Part shown: positions 29,301 to 38,048 of the stretch, one piece after another | Layout of the letters: each line of letters opens with the position of its first letter | Position numbering within the stretch: position 1 is the stretch's first letter | DNA from: a virus | Reading direction: 5' to 3' (one strand) | IMG/VR virus record: IMGVR_UViG_3300027082_000001 | Location: 1-64,000 of that record | Length of the DNA stretch: 64,000 bases | Made by a program: the position numbers and the translations under genes | Notes under the pieces: model-generated | What the model was told of the DNA's origin: nothing | The model's input: the letters and a program-made list of their open reading frames with translations, nothing else | Database searches by the model: none

Positions 29301-31255
29301 AGTTTCTCAGCCTTGGCAGAGACATCCTTAGCCACTTTGGATGCCAAAATCCGACCAGCCTTTGTCCGAAGATCCTTCGGGAGAGAACCAACCACAGAAC
29401 GAAGTTTCTGGTATTGAGCAGCAGCATATGCTGTGTCAGCATTTGAAGCTCGGAACTTCCGAGATCCCATCTTGGCAGTGATCCCAATGATGTTGTCCAT
29501 CAGAGAGTTGTTACCACCAGCCACGTCAGTAAAGCTGGCAGACGGAGTATCTGTATCAGGCTGTGATACGATCTTAGAGACCGTATCTTCAAGCTGACCT
29601 GTTTCGACAGCTTCACGCAAACCTTCGGTAATGTTCACCGCAGCTTTCACAGACTGAGTGACTTCTTTGGATGAAGGACGATTCGCATACTCCTGAACCT
29701 GTTCAGAGACTCGTCCACCCACCTCAAAAGCCCGTGTACGAGCTTTGTTGACCATAGGGGCCACACGGTCCACGACAGGCTTGATAGCAGGCCCAGCGGC
29801 TTCAGCAGCCGTACGCAGACCTTCTCCGACAGTTCGGGCTGCATTACGAGCACGAGAATCACCAACAATATCCTGACGAGTAGAGTCATTGTAAGTGGTT
29901 TCATTAAAGAGTGCATCGGCTGCACTGCGAGCAGTATTCGCCCCAGCACGAACAGTACCTACAGTAGTGGCAGGAGCACTCATAACACCTGCCATTCCTG
30001 CACCTGCGATCAAACCAGTCGCAAATTCTTCAGGAGCATTTTCAAAAGTATTTCGATTAGGATCTACTTCTTCTTGAATTGCCAAATTACTTGTAACAGT
30101 TCCACTGAGTCCTTGAAGACTTTCTTCTCCAGCCTGAGAAGCAACTGTACGAGTAGATTTAACCAATCCATTACCTACAAAAGAACCAATTGGAGCAGCC
30201 TCAAAACGACCACCAACAACACCAATACCAGTAGCCATTGGAAAGGACATTTTAAATGACTGCCACCCAGCATCGGCTGCCAACATTTGTTTAGCTTCTT
30301 CAGATGTATGATTTTCCAGTAAATTTTGATACTGAACTGATGTCTCCATAAGTTGATCATGAGACATATTCAGAATTTCATTGACAGTTTGTGAATACAC
30401 ACCAGACGCTTCGCTAACACCAACAGAAGCTGCAATTGCTGATTTTTCTACAGCTTTGGCACCGCGTTCAATTAAACGAGTTCCACGAGTCGGATTTATG
30501 GCATTAGCAAGAATTGCTGCCTTAAATGTGTTTGTACCTGTGACTGCTTGAGAGGCAACCCCAGCAAGTTTGGCACTCGGTCCAAGAGAGCCAATACCTT
30601 GAGCAACAACATCACCAGCTATAGCAGGATCAGAAGCCAACCGTTCTAGATTATTAAGAGTGCCTCGACCAAACCAACTCAATTCATCAATAAATGAAGA
30701 GTCTTTTCCATTATCCGTATCATTATTGTATTGAGCCACATTGTCAGCAGCATCAAGTTCTGCTTCAATCAGCGAAAGCTCACGACGATCTTTGAATTCA
30801 TCAGTATAAAACTGATCCAACCAACTAACAGCGTCTTCTGTTTTCTTTGAAGTGATAGTGGCAAGATCTGAAAATCCTGTATTTTCAGGATCAAAATATT
30901 CATCAACTTTACCAGCACCAGCAAAAAGCAAAGAACCTAAAGAACCAACAGTGTTAGAAAACCCAGACGCCACCCCAATCGCAGTATCATCTAAAATTTC
31001 ACCATTTTGTCTTTTTTGTTTTTCAATCCGGTCTACCTCATTTGAGGTGTAATACTGACCCATGGAAGCAAGATAACCTTCATCTCCGTACTTAGCACGA
31101 ATCTCCAAGTCGTTCATCGACCGCATGTCTTGAATCAGTTCATCTTCGTTTCCGGTATTCCGGTTTCGAGAGACTGCGACTTGTTTTTGGAATTTGGGAT
31201 CCCAAAGACGTTGAGCGATCAATTCGGCTGCAAGAGTTTCGTCGCGTTCAGACAT
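20372..31255 (-). CDS. Virion-encapsidated RNA polymerase (N4 gp50 vRNAP)
   Basis: 3627 aa. T7-like motif A EMDGKTNG, motif B RETAKNPVTKVNYG, motif C IHDG. No Cys found by eye, an N4 vRNAP hallmark. Confidence 0.96.
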   Translation of the reverse strand: MSERDETLAAELIAQRLWDPKFQKQVAVSRNRNTGNEDELIQDMRSMNDLEIRAKYGDEGYLASMGQYYTSNEVDRIEKQKRQNGEILDDTAIGVASGFSNTVGSLGSLLFAGAGKVDEYFDPENTGFSDLATITSKKTEDAVSWLDQFYTDEFKDRRELSLIEAELDAADNVAQYNNDTDNGKDSSFIDELSWFGRGTLNNLERLASDPAIAGDVVAQGIGSLGPSAKLAGVASQAVTGTNTFKAAILANAINPTRGTRLIERGAKAVEKSAIAASVGVSEASGVYSQTVNEILNMSHDQLMETSVQYQNLLENHTSEEAKQMLAADAGWQSFKMSFPMATGIGVVGGRFEAAPIGSFVGNGLVKSTRTVASQAGEESLQGLSGTVTSNLAIQEEVDPNRNTFENAPEEFATGLIAGAGMAGVMSAPATTVGTVRAGANTARSAADALFNETTYNDSTRQDIVGDSRARNAARTVGEGLRTAAEAAGPAIKPVVDRVAPMVNKARTRAFEVGGRVSEQVQEYANRPSSKEVTQSVKAAVNITEGLREAVETGQLEDTVSKIVSQPDTDTPSASFTDVAGGNNSLMDNIIGITAKMGSRKFRASNADTAYAAAQYQKLRSVVGSLPKDLRTKAGRILASKVAKDVSAKAEKLDLNRNPEEADVTTTVNVAKTNPANVNPDVADKILEESGEDLTPEEARYVRVASKIGRIVNRNLEKQVEIRTNENINLTQASRPKKRDLTVEGVSRQIHAEGKTDNDLKAKYRSINDFARDILSAVQSGEQTGAYPADATVINQKGEVVPVRQVTQQMSNFAQHMKNKVQALNDSVAESFTNKKGLREGVKKDYEGLVNGKFQSSSLGSNNLRGVFYSPDNPNSVAFAQQVAQDQNDLIEVYNTLRKEFPETFENMPAIEPVSLTPADTVNESEQPTGVEESSDPKGEEATSTSEDVDYSKIPQRVLMLAREGDLNRSQLTNKERKAMDNAGIYPNSDENYNVHLLEDIAQDRIQNKEWDPNVSLFIANNEKNSDQDRETQAKEIWENLSQERKEGELSEAFPNLSDNTIEKAAKRSWDQIPQSRKIQLIDQLLGENPTADEEVSDSENGVDETGATATDATTTGEELGTDTEDTSTSDGGDTAEGSTFPEIKDYPLYDGNASEIPNGLYRLETHVPEVPVNLLNRNPENLSDADLETVYDYLALQTSADEFHGGNYPDNVKPENTLEWSKKRGYSERSRNLYSKWLQFAEEYINRVGIDDAAGRQMWLEEQYQTGRKIYNTGVVEINNEAGLGETTGTTPVVTHPMLDEHYETRKTEAPLNSISDLENAEFNPEHVSVVRELLPELAETMNKRLKEHVRNGGRYKRVIDFIKDGLVQFTQFQAGTFVNPETKQYDNRIMDMAAIVITDFIATANPIDPNKLDDTLEDLGTTINEIDESMLKNILNSVPVSQLKDQLADDFIRLMNLKPNEQSAEADLQGIAQGFAAELLTALQKMKIVEFLKIESKEQYTYDVINPDTGEKSTVTETAFADSIKVNTTRLKELQDRIRSSTQKGVPNTVREKVFNEKREMYSIGKKIKHVPSYQDRGNVSLSELERNAIKQEQNIPHYVNEARLKLLEALGDGPLMRMLGWIPDAENMTHVILRKSAIGKNASIDKNIRDVVNLVGSLEGDVSQPIYYPIAISKGGRHHHQGPNAQTNKLLRMLATPTWNTLSFASKNDMDEFWLGVGQATGLIKPEMIDQEAHIKNIQEDFAEDFGPAVVMIKELLEEGSFDADAFATVVGIVDPEVLGAIESVASMEIAKENGESEFRMSQSFEMDGKTNGAANMMVNFGHGLFTPDEWENLKRVGLYLGKKGMTLNDYFKDKTNVDLYQTVSKVGDRMMALGGHRLKPWQKEQRAAAQRLAASIGNFEIVKNSDGTYTYKMTRETAKNPVTKVNYGSGVMGVAIGVADDMLLAFYEKLQTLTEETTIDDVFYAGFEQDMATMGLKLPQEYDENFVFPKEQVENFRKSIMFTIGRVLTDSTREVLGNRIQELNDMLVLSTNIQNRYLQKLFDRRVEQLAEHLANEGKIGRNKKGVPIHGQIPRAEWKKLEEELSQLGPIFVSDDQTLAIGGFQKKLTTFKFSSNFNERLKQPARMRRPDDVGVKAIPYIVIGTGDAMMMNLIFGSKDAPNDVLGIHDGVDVPVGKIKQYAPYVNQQVLKSWDRDVLAMPIMNFEGFLNSISDPDLLQEAESEVIGDFKKETVQTSNAADLLEQMQRRLRENRARKKVMKQMAVSVDQMGGSDVGFTRDGHEWDFHTVNQRIEREMEGRDPDAQEQVKTPVRVLTGKAVLENTRWTEAQKKVVGILKPLMGETRVVFGTLDQLNKWRGEHVAQDGVVLKAKGQYDAANDIVFMTTATGETLLHEMVHAATYNKVLAHYKGETNPAVERLEALMAQFMELDGEKKIREAQAAINRRLVKNTPVANANALNEFMAYALSSSQVRQKLEGTQANILASMKNKVIQLLRRVMGGVPSDMFSQVVFNTRVLNATPVDNGGNGSGGDDGGDGGPSESSGPFGEFTNYWIQNIKDYMAGLAETQDPKLMKTSLDLARAKRVLENLRQAGMLRNNKDKATFKAIYGIVLSDMKLNSNALIGLTKIFGHIEDNLSPEMFGTDSEAGNTYSAVLNALRESKEPSHAVAVLFALSQTSEKFRNALDQIPAPESGPVGDGSLNDFLTKTAAFTMQKLTGSMETNKVPADVLATVAGTIIDHDVEREFRVLKKATETLTAADEYVSGKFTQSADLMRAKNREVQASIRSDTQKYLVAAATFATNYLDKPGTDLTNKAAKRVTHMGIPFLSLVPIRELVSEMVGTDAQNKNVVALLDRVNASVSGMRQAFRQDLPVILDRSFKEAPTKEQWTSMFQTLAKTDFSRMVDLENMKGSMRFMEESGARHAEMQRIETQLQQSLSGSNFQAAIEKGRQLAAYMNGQSVGKLLVRNAYAIGKNLEGDVDQATIDLLDRWITLEAVDKMDSQTREETVRLWQEDPVGILGIVAYLQQLNEAEEAKDISEQARLNGYKGYIPNEGAKNVHITVALDEAEGDMERKGYKKLNISYTGETDSIFPRSYYVSTVRRQGIYSQGVVQNVAMTYRGVDVNTGLTVTGDTAGFISGEDGAIQRIMENQLDESVELENDQEALMPVFGPDGDIIGFERSISQEMIDTHMGRDENLAVMLGAWQGRQVEESLADQYNKQLADELKNIWDNREAGEEATFIDLSKTDDPIYKDSWSLIPQSTKLYMENLFGDDGVMVPKSMVNLSVGYREFSLADMWSGKTRLPKALQATVKGVSERFLGTKAMRILTGGEEILQDTVSTAKDWILIRSLVVPSVNLQANIVQLASRGVPVKTIQKSFRRKLAEVEEYNKNRTKIIELDAKKMLLARNDKQRQIIDDKIKVLEDLNQKMSIAPVLAAGAYKQLVEGLTEMDVEVSSGRIGEYMEAMANKVHPKAGDLAGVGLVSKSTQIYHVANRATQYGDFLAKSIYYDHLIEQGLSEDKALTQMNEEFVNYSVLPGRSRSALEGYGMLWFMAFKLRITKIAMQQLRDNPVRALAVNSALDVGSPVGDNIFTVIGENRLGYATGLGMMFNAPELNPWYNLMNR

Positions 31256-31265
31256 GATATGACAC

Positions 31266-31299
31266 CTTAGAACAGGATTTGTGTGGTTCCTGCTCTAAG
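31266..31299 (-). promoter_or_regulatory. 12-bp leader hairpin overlapping the vRNAP Shine-Dalgarno
   Basis: Minus strand reads CTTAGAGCAGGA-accacacaaa-TCCTGTTCTAAG, then GTGTCATATC ATG. Confidence 0.5.
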
Positions 31300-31329
31300 T
31301 GGCATAATACTTATAAACAATCAAGAGAG

Positions 31330-33432
31330 TTAGCGAGATTGCCTGCGACCGTTGCCCCACGGGTGTCCGGGGGCGCGTGGTGCAGGTGCAGGAGAAGATT
31401 CTTCTCTGGCAGTCTCAGGGACAATTTGTGGATTCGGACGCTCAGGTTCCTCATTAGTTTTCTCAGATGTATCTTTTGAGAGTATTGCTGCATCGTTGAT
31501 CAAACGATCCAGACGTTTGCTCAGGTTCTGATAACGCGAATCATCAGTATTACCTGATGCTTCGAAACGATTCATCTGACTGAGAATCTGACGCTGTTGT
31601 AATGCGTTCTGTTCAAGACGGGTTTCAAGGATCTCAATTTCGGTACGAGCACGATCATATTCAGCCATTCGTTCAGGTGTCAGTTGGTCCGCCGCAGCCT
31701 TTACCGCAGCTTTATCAAACTGATTTCTAAGAGTGTTGAGAGTCAGGTCATTGTCGTACCAAAAGCTCGAATACGGATCATCACCCGGATCAGGATTGTA
31801 GACATCACGCATTGCCACAGCAACGACAGCAGGTTCTACTTCCATATCAACCGCATACTCATTAACCAGACGACGCAACATCTCCGGACGATAACTTCCA
31901 AGAGTTTGAGGATCTTCCGGAATACCCAGATCTGTTGCCAGTTGCAGGTGAGGTTGTTCAGCCTGACGATAGCGTTCAACATCCTGCATTGCCCGAAATT
32001 GATCATTACCTGCCAGATTACGATTGGCTTGGGTAATGGCATTCGTCAGAGCTTCATTGATCACAGTATTTTGTGCTTCAGTGGTTCGTCCACGATTGAA
32101 TTCTGCACTCATCGCAGCACTTGATTCGATGTTTTTAATAGCATCAGCAGCCAAATCAGTAGCTTTAGATGTGGAATAGTCTCCACTATCAATCAATTCC
32201 TGTCGAATTGCAGCCTCAGCACTGGCTGCATCACCCGGAATGAAATTATCAGCAGAAACTACGTTCTGCGTGATGCCAGTAACCAAATCAGCAGTATATG
32301 CTGCACGTTGACTGTCAATTTCACCTTGCCCTGCAACCGCTGCATCACGAATAGGATCAATCTTTTCAAGAATTTCTGGACCACTGAAAAGCCCAGTTTC
32401 AATAAGATACCGAGCATAATCAGAACCACCTCGATTAATCGCAGTAGGCTGAAACCCACTTTGTTGAGAGCCAGTGGTATTTCCAGCATGAGTACGAGCG
32501 TAGTCAGAAAGACTGGTTCCATTGTCATCAGCCGGGTTGTATTGACCACCGGACTTTAGATACTGACGCATACCATTAAACCCACCAAGGTGAGCCATTG
32601 CGACCATACCATCACGAGTGATTTCAACACCCCCAATGTTCTGTCCAATATACTTTTCCAAACCATTGGAAGAGATACGATCCTGAATGTCACCGAAGTG
32701 CCAGTCTTCAGCAGCGATCTGAGCACGAATAGCTTCAGGAGTATCTTGACCAAACTGTTCAATGGTCATGTCCGGAGGAACAACACCAGCAGCTTTTGCT
32801 TCTGCAAAGCGAGCACGACCAAACTGAACACGCCCAAAGTGACCTTTACCACCTGCACCTTCAGCGTTGTTACGGGCAGCAAAGTTCCCACCTGATTCAG
32901 TCCGAACCAAGGAAGCAGGAGCAAGACCTTTAGTGAAAGCATTCTGTTCACCTGTAACAAAGAGATCAGCCCCTTCACGCAGTGCATCACGACGTTCAAG
33001 AGTATCTGCACGATTTTCGTTTTTCCAATCAAATTGAGTAGCTTGGCGTCCTTCAGCAGCAGCGGCTCTCCCATCTGCATTCCATGCACGGGTATTTTGA
33101 TCACCAGCAATCTGCATACCTTGACGATTTTGAGCATAGTCCAAGACGTTGCCTTGATGACCCAACATAGTATCCAGCAGGCCAGCAGAGACATTACGGC
33201 CATTCAGACCGCCACTTTTGAACCAAGCATCCAGTTCTTCTTGGGTGTCGATTCCGGCAAGTTCTTGTGCCACTTCCGCATCAAACTTTGATTTCTGACC
33301 TTTATCATACGACTCCAGAATCCCCTGAGCAGCTTCACCTGCTTTGTTGATTCCACTCTGAGCCGTGGATAAAAGGCCAGACACGTTTGGAGACGCGATC
33401 TGAAGTGATTTCCATCCGGGTCCATATGCCAT
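31330..33432 (-). CDS. Internal virion protein with lytic transglycosylase/lysozyme-like domain (gp51 position)
   Basis: LVRTESGG..GRVQFG..MAHLGG matches the SLT-like ES / GxxQ / AYNxG motifs; adjacent to vRNAP. Confidence 0.75.
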   Translation of the reverse strand: MAYGPGWKSLQIASPNVSGLLSTAQSGINKAGEAAQGILESYDKGQKSKFDAEVAQELAGIDTQEELDAWFKSGGLNGRNVSAGLLDTMLGHQGNVLDYAQNRQGMQIAGDQNTRAWNADGRAAAAEGRQATQFDWKNENRADTLERRDALREGADLFVTGEQNAFTKGLAPASLVRTESGGNFAARNNAEGAGGKGHFGRVQFGRARFAEAKAAGVVPPDMTIEQFGQDTPEAIRAQIAAEDWHFGDIQDRISSNGLEKYIGQNIGGVEITRDGMVAMAHLGGFNGMRQYLKSGGQYNPADDNGTSLSDYARTHAGNTTGSQQSGFQPTAINRGGSDYARYLIETGLFSGPEILEKIDPIRDAAVAGQGEIDSQRAAYTADLVTGITQNVVSADNFIPGDAASAEAAIRQELIDSGDYSTSKATDLAADAIKNIESSAAMSAEFNRGRTTEAQNTVINEALTNAITQANRNLAGNDQFRAMQDVERYRQAEQPHLQLATDLGIPEDPQTLGSYRPEMLRRLVNEYAVDMEVEPAVVAVAMRDVYNPDPGDDPYSSFWYDNDLTLNTLRNQFDKAAVKAAADQLTPERMAEYDRARTEIEILETRLEQNALQQRQILSQMNRFEASGNTDDSRYQNLSKRLDRLINDAAILSKDTSEKTNEEPERPNPQIVPETAREESSPAPAPRAPGHPWGNGRRQSR

Positions 33433-33442
33433 AGTCTATTCC

Positions 33443-33913
33443 TTACAAGCTGTGCTGGTCGATTTCACCCTGAAGCTGGTCTTCAGAGCGTGTACCCGTC
33501 GCATAACGACCACGAATACGATCTTCCAGAGAGGTGTTGTACGTCTGGGTTTGGTTTTCAAGGTTCGTATCCCACTGTTCACGCGCAAAAGCCATCTTTT
33601 CTTTGGCCATCTTGTGAGCTTGGAAACTGGACCACAGATTTCCAAGAACCTTCACACCACCCAGAATCAAACCAGCACCACCATCCTTCGACCAGAAGTC
33701 ATCTTTTGACCAGAAGTTATTGGCTTCTCCAGTTTGAGCATCAACCTGTGGAGTATCGGGAGCCTGAACCGTGACATCTGCAATAGCAGGAGCACCAACT
33801 TGAATGGGTTGTCCCAAGCTCAAACTATTTGCAGCAAACCCAGTCGTTCCCAATTGAGAACCATTGGTTGTTGCATTGTTGTAATTCCCAAAGGAAAGTT
33901 TAGGTGTGGTCAT
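33443..33913 (-). CDS. Virion structural protein (N4 gp52-like)
   Basis: Synteny; NLENQTQTYNTSLEDRIRGRY motif. Confidence 0.75.
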   Translation of the reverse strand: MTTPKLSFGNYNNATTNGSQLGTTGFAANSLSLGQPIQVGAPAIADVTVQAPDTPQVDAQTGEANNFWSKDDFWSKDGGAGLILGGVKVLGNLWSSFQAHKMAKEKMAFAREQWDTNLENQTQTYNTSLEDRIRGRYATGTRSEDQLQGEIDQHSL

Positions 33914-33916
33914 GGC

Positions 33917-36643
33917 TTAATTCCTCGGCAGTGTACGGGCAATCGTCACGTATTCATACACCATGTTGTGGGTGAGTTCTACGATTTGAGTCCCAGTCAT
34001 TGTTGTTCGACGGATGTACTGTTCTGCGGTTTCCGGGAGGTATCCACGAGAATTGCCACGTTCTTTTGCCCTTGTAAGGAACATCGGATTGAAATTCAAA
34101 TTACTTTCACCATCCAAGCCGTCGATTAGATCTTGGATGTAGTCCATTTTCTCCTCGTACTCACTTCGATCAGCTTCCAAATCAGATTGCATCTCAGCAA
34201 TATCACCTTGAACCCACCCCGCATAACCATTGGCCAGAGCATTACCTAAACCAAGAAGACCTTCTGCGCTGAAGAGCGATGTACCAGAAATGGCCGCACC
34301 CAGAGCAAATCCAGCAATAGCAGAAAACAACGCACCCCACTTCTCCCCTAACAACTCGGTCCCAACGATCTTGAGAACCTCTGCAATGATGATCGACGCG
34401 ATGTAGTTGGCCACAACGCCCGCCACAAGAGCGGCTGTACCTGTCAATCCAAGGGCCGTGCCAACGGCCAGATTCCCTCCCAGAATCCCGCTTCCAGCAG
34501 AAAATGATCCCGGAAACACCACAACTGCTATGATGATGATTGCAATAACCAAAAGGATTTTGAAGATCCCTCGCTGATACCACTTTTGTTTTGTTACCTC
34601 ATATGAGTTGAACAGGATGTGCGAGTTTGCAGTACAAAGCTGCGTGTAGTCGATGATGTTCATTTCCAACATGGTTGGATAATGTAGCGGAACCAAGAAA
34701 CCAGATTCCTCATCATCTTCCAAAGCTTGTTTAGAAGTGATTGTGACAGCTTTCCCACCATAGATGTAGTTCTGAGAAACCAGTCCCCAAATGGTCAGCA
34801 CACGATAAGTGTTGTCGTCGATTTGACGATAGATCTTCATCGACGGAATTGAGTTAGAAAGCAAACGAGTCGATTCGTCATCCCGAGTATTGTACGATTC
34901 TTCAACTTGCCATGTTACATCAGGACCAACTTCCATCTTACAGTCTTTGATACGAGACTGAATTTCGGAAACAACTTCAAATGTCCCATTGAACTGTTCT
35001 TCTTCGATATGAACCCACGATAAACGATAATCAATACCAATCGAATCATCTCGAAGACGGATCGTAGTTGTAGGGGGTGGATCCAAGGAAGGAATTTTCG
35101 GACGAGGAGGAATGTCCTGCCACCAGTAATTGAAATTTCCCCCATCTTGTTGGCCATATTGAGACAACCAATTTTCAAGCTCTTGTTTGGCTTGATCATA
35201 TGCAGCAATACGAGTTTCGAAATCACTCATTACAGACCCTGAGCCAGAATCCTGAAATGGAATCATCTTCTTGAAAAAATCATAGGTGTATATTTTTGCT
35301 GAATTATCTTTGGCATTCAGGGAAGTACCCCAGCACAGATACGCATAGTCAATGTCGTCGATAGACGGATTATCTTCAACAGTCTCAACCAATTGCCCAA
35401 AACGTTTGCCGGAAAATCCTCGACGATAAATCGCTTTATTCTCTTCTAACAAATCAGCATACTGCGGTTCTTCAATCGAGACATTGTCAATCCGAACAGG
35501 AACAAATGGAAAGAATTCCTGAAAACTAGACGCATCTATATCCGAAACCAAAGTATCGAGATTGGTATTTCCAGTCCCGATTTCATAGATGAAGATCTGT
35601 TCTGGACCATACTGCTCACCAATAAACAGATCCTGAGTGTCATATCGAGTCGTCCAAGACTCAACGACTTCTTCTCCTGTAGTAGTTGAAGTCTCTGTAC
35701 GAATTACCCCATCACCAAGATCAGTCGTCGTCACTACTGTATTACTATAGGTATTAGCGACGTTATCAGTTCCGGTGAAGTTCCAGATCTGACGCTCACC
35801 TTGCATTTTCACTCCATTCTGCTCAATGGTCACGTCACGTTGATAGATATCTTCAGACGTGTTGAGAGTGTCAGCAACATCAGCATCCACTTCGTCTTCA
35901 ATGGTTTCGTCCGGATCTCCATTGTTGTAGCTGTAAACTGTGGTTCGGGTACGTTGAAGAGTCACGTTCGTGAACGTGTTGGTTTTCTGGATCTCGTTCC
36001 AACTAGAGACATCAGGAAGGGAAGTGACACCTGTTGTTAATGTACCTTCCACCAGATCTGCTTCACTGGAGGAAATAAACTCAATATACTTCGCAATGAC
36101 ATACTGTTTCTGGGAACTGAAAATAGGTCCGACAGACCCATCATTATCCCATGCAAAGAAGTCATTGTTTGGGAACTCAACCGAAAAGGTATCAGTGCTG
36201 GGTTCATATTCTCCAAGCCAGTCTTCACCAATTCGTTCTGGATAGTTTCCCAGAATCCATTTCTCAATCCATGGTTCGAAATCTCCATCACTGACGAAAG
36301 AGTTATATGCAGAGATTTCCAACCCTGAACGTGCTGAAGGAACAGAAGTCAATGGAATCTCAGCCGCCACTGCTGCTGAATCCAAAGGAGCCGTGTTCAC
36401 AATCGAAGTCGTTGGCATGATGGAATAATTCATCTGCTGACAGTATCGAAAGAACTGAAGCTGTTTCTGTCCCGGACCATTGAAATAGGCACCAGTCAAA
36501 TCTTCGGCCAGCGATGGAGCATCTGCCATCACTGAACCGAAGATAGTCCCTTTCAGGAAGTCTGGACGGTCATCCTCGTCTCCAGCCATGTTGTACAATG
36601 TACTGGAGACGGTGATGATCTTCTTTGAGGAGAACAAACCCAT
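33917..36643 (-). CDS. Structural protein (N4 gp53-like)
   Basis: MGLFSSKK start, KWYQRGIFK followed by hydrophobic helices; synteny. Confidence 0.8.
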   Translation of the reverse strand: MGLFSSKKIITVSSTLYNMAGDEDDRPDFLKGTIFGSVMADAPSLAEDLTGAYFNGPGQKQLQFFRYCQQMNYSIMPTTSIVNTAPLDSAAVAAEIPLTSVPSARSGLEISAYNSFVSDGDFEPWIEKWILGNYPERIGEDWLGEYEPSTDTFSVEFPNNDFFAWDNDGSVGPIFSSQKQYVIAKYIEFISSSEADLVEGTLTTGVTSLPDVSSWNEIQKTNTFTNVTLQRTRTTVYSYNNGDPDETIEDEVDADVADTLNTSEDIYQRDVTIEQNGVKMQGERQIWNFTGTDNVANTYSNTVVTTTDLGDGVIRTETSTTTGEEVVESWTTRYDTQDLFIGEQYGPEQIFIYEIGTGNTNLDTLVSDIDASSFQEFFPFVPVRIDNVSIEEPQYADLLEENKAIYRRGFSGKRFGQLVETVEDNPSIDDIDYAYLCWGTSLNAKDNSAKIYTYDFFKKMIPFQDSGSGSVMSDFETRIAAYDQAKQELENWLSQYGQQDGGNFNYWWQDIPPRPKIPSLDPPPTTTIRLRDDSIGIDYRLSWVHIEEEQFNGTFEVVSEIQSRIKDCKMEVGPDVTWQVEESYNTRDDESTRLLSNSIPSMKIYRQIDDNTYRVLTIWGLVSQNYIYGGKAVTITSKQALEDDEESGFLVPLHYPTMLEMNIIDYTQLCTANSHILFNSYEVTKQKWYQRGIFKILLVIAIIIIAVVVFPGSFSAGSGILGGNLAVGTALGLTGTAALVAGVVANYIASIIIAEVLKIVGTELLGEKWGALFSAIAGFALGAAISGTSLFSAEGLLGLGNALANGYAGWVQGDIAEMQSDLEADRSEYEEKMDYIQDLIDGLDGESNLNFNPMFLTRAKERGNSRGYLPETAEQYIRRTTMTGTQIVELTHNMVYEYVTIARTLPRN

Positions 36644-36655
36644 ATGGAAGTCTCC

Positions 36656-38008
36656 TTACAAGTTGTTGTTCGACTTCACGTTGCCAAACACACTAGAGAC
36701 ATTCGACTCAGAGAATTCAGCAGGAACTGGAACACCGATATCAAGAGTTTTCCGAGTGATCCACGAGTCCAGATACATCTTCGCAGTCTTGTGCTGTGCA
36801 TCTTTAATGAACGAGTCGATCTGTTGATCATACAGGTCTTTTTGCTTTCCAACTGAACCTTCGACAGTGGCTCCATCACTCCGAGTATCCAGAGTTTTAG
36901 CACGTTCTGCTTCAGTTTGTTCCTCAGTGAATTTGATCTGCTCACCAACCAGTTCGACCTGACGAGGTAGCGTGTTATCAAGGTTGTAATCCTTGATGTC
37001 AGCATCAGACACGAGATTCCGTTTCTGGAGTCCAATGACACCAGAGACCGGAGTGAGACCATCCACACGAGTGTCCAGAGTATTTGCCCGCTGAGTTTCG
37101 ATCTGTTCTTTGACAAGACTCGTTTCAGCAGGTTGACGCTGGTTGAGGATGTGCTGTTGTTGCGCCAGTTCGACAGGCAGCATGTTGTCACGACGGAACT
37201 CTTCAATATCCGCAGCTACCGGAACAATCCGATCACGTTGCAGCTTTTGAAGATCCGCCTGAAGCGGCTGGAGAACTTGATTCTCATATTCACTGATGGC
37301 AGCCTGTGCAGGAAGGATCCGATCCGTCTGAAGCTCATTCATGGCCACAGTGGAAGGCATCACAGCAGTACGTTCGTAGTGCGTGACAGCAAGATCAGCA
37401 GGTTGTTGGTAGTTCCGCTGGAACTGTTTGATCGCCACATCAGCAGTCACAGAGTCGTGGTTCGCTTCTTCTGTGGCAATCTGCATCTTGGTCAAACCAT
37501 ACTGAGCAGCAGTCAGGTTCAACTGGAAATTCGCTTGAGCAGCTTCGATCTTGGTTTTCTCAAGCTCCACCAGAGCCTGAGTTGCTTGGATCTCAGCAAT
37601 ACGGGCCTGCATCTGTGCAGTCACAGCAGCCCATCGTGCTTGGTCTTTCTGGAGAGTAAAAGAGACAGCTTGTCCCATAACTTGGTTTGCAATAGCCGTA
37701 TAGACCTCTGCATACTGGGAACCAGTAAGACGATTCCCTTTGAACTCCCGTTCAAGGTGTTTGTCCATGGCTTGCATGAACACATCAAAAGCACCCGGAC
37801 CTTCCAGAGTACCTTCACCAGCAGTTACTTCTGCAATAGTTGCACCAACAATGTCTGAATAAAGATTTGAGGTTTGATCTGGAGTGATATCAAATTTGGA
37901 ATCACTGAAGTCAGGAGAGGCGGGGATCGTAATCCCCGCCGTCAATGTGGTGAACAAATCATTCGCCAACGCAGACGAATTATCGGTGTTTACAAATTCA
38001 TTGCTCAT
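36656..38008 (-). CDS. Structural protein (N4 gp54-like)
   Basis: GAFDVFM, GSVGKQKDLYDQQIDSF; synteny. Confidence 0.8.
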   Translation of the reverse strand: MSNEFVNTDNSSALANDLFTTLTAGITIPASPDFSDSKFDITPDQTSNLYSDIVGATIAEVTAGEGTLEGPGAFDVFMQAMDKHLEREFKGNRLTGSQYAEVYTAIANQVMGQAVSFTLQKDQARWAAVTAQMQARIAEIQATQALVELEKTKIEAAQANFQLNLTAAQYGLTKMQIATEEANHDSVTADVAIKQFQRNYQQPADLAVTHYERTAVMPSTVAMNELQTDRILPAQAAISEYENQVLQPLQADLQKLQRDRIVPVAADIEEFRRDNMLPVELAQQQHILNQRQPAETSLVKEQIETQRANTLDTRVDGLTPVSGVIGLQKRNLVSDADIKDYNLDNTLPRQVELVGEQIKFTEEQTEAERAKTLDTRSDGATVEGSVGKQKDLYDQQIDSFIKDAQHKTAKMYLDSWITRKTLDIGVPVPAEFSESNVSSVFGNVKSNNNL

Positions 38009-38048
38009 CGCACTGATCTCCTTGTTTTCTCAACCCGATATAGCGGGT

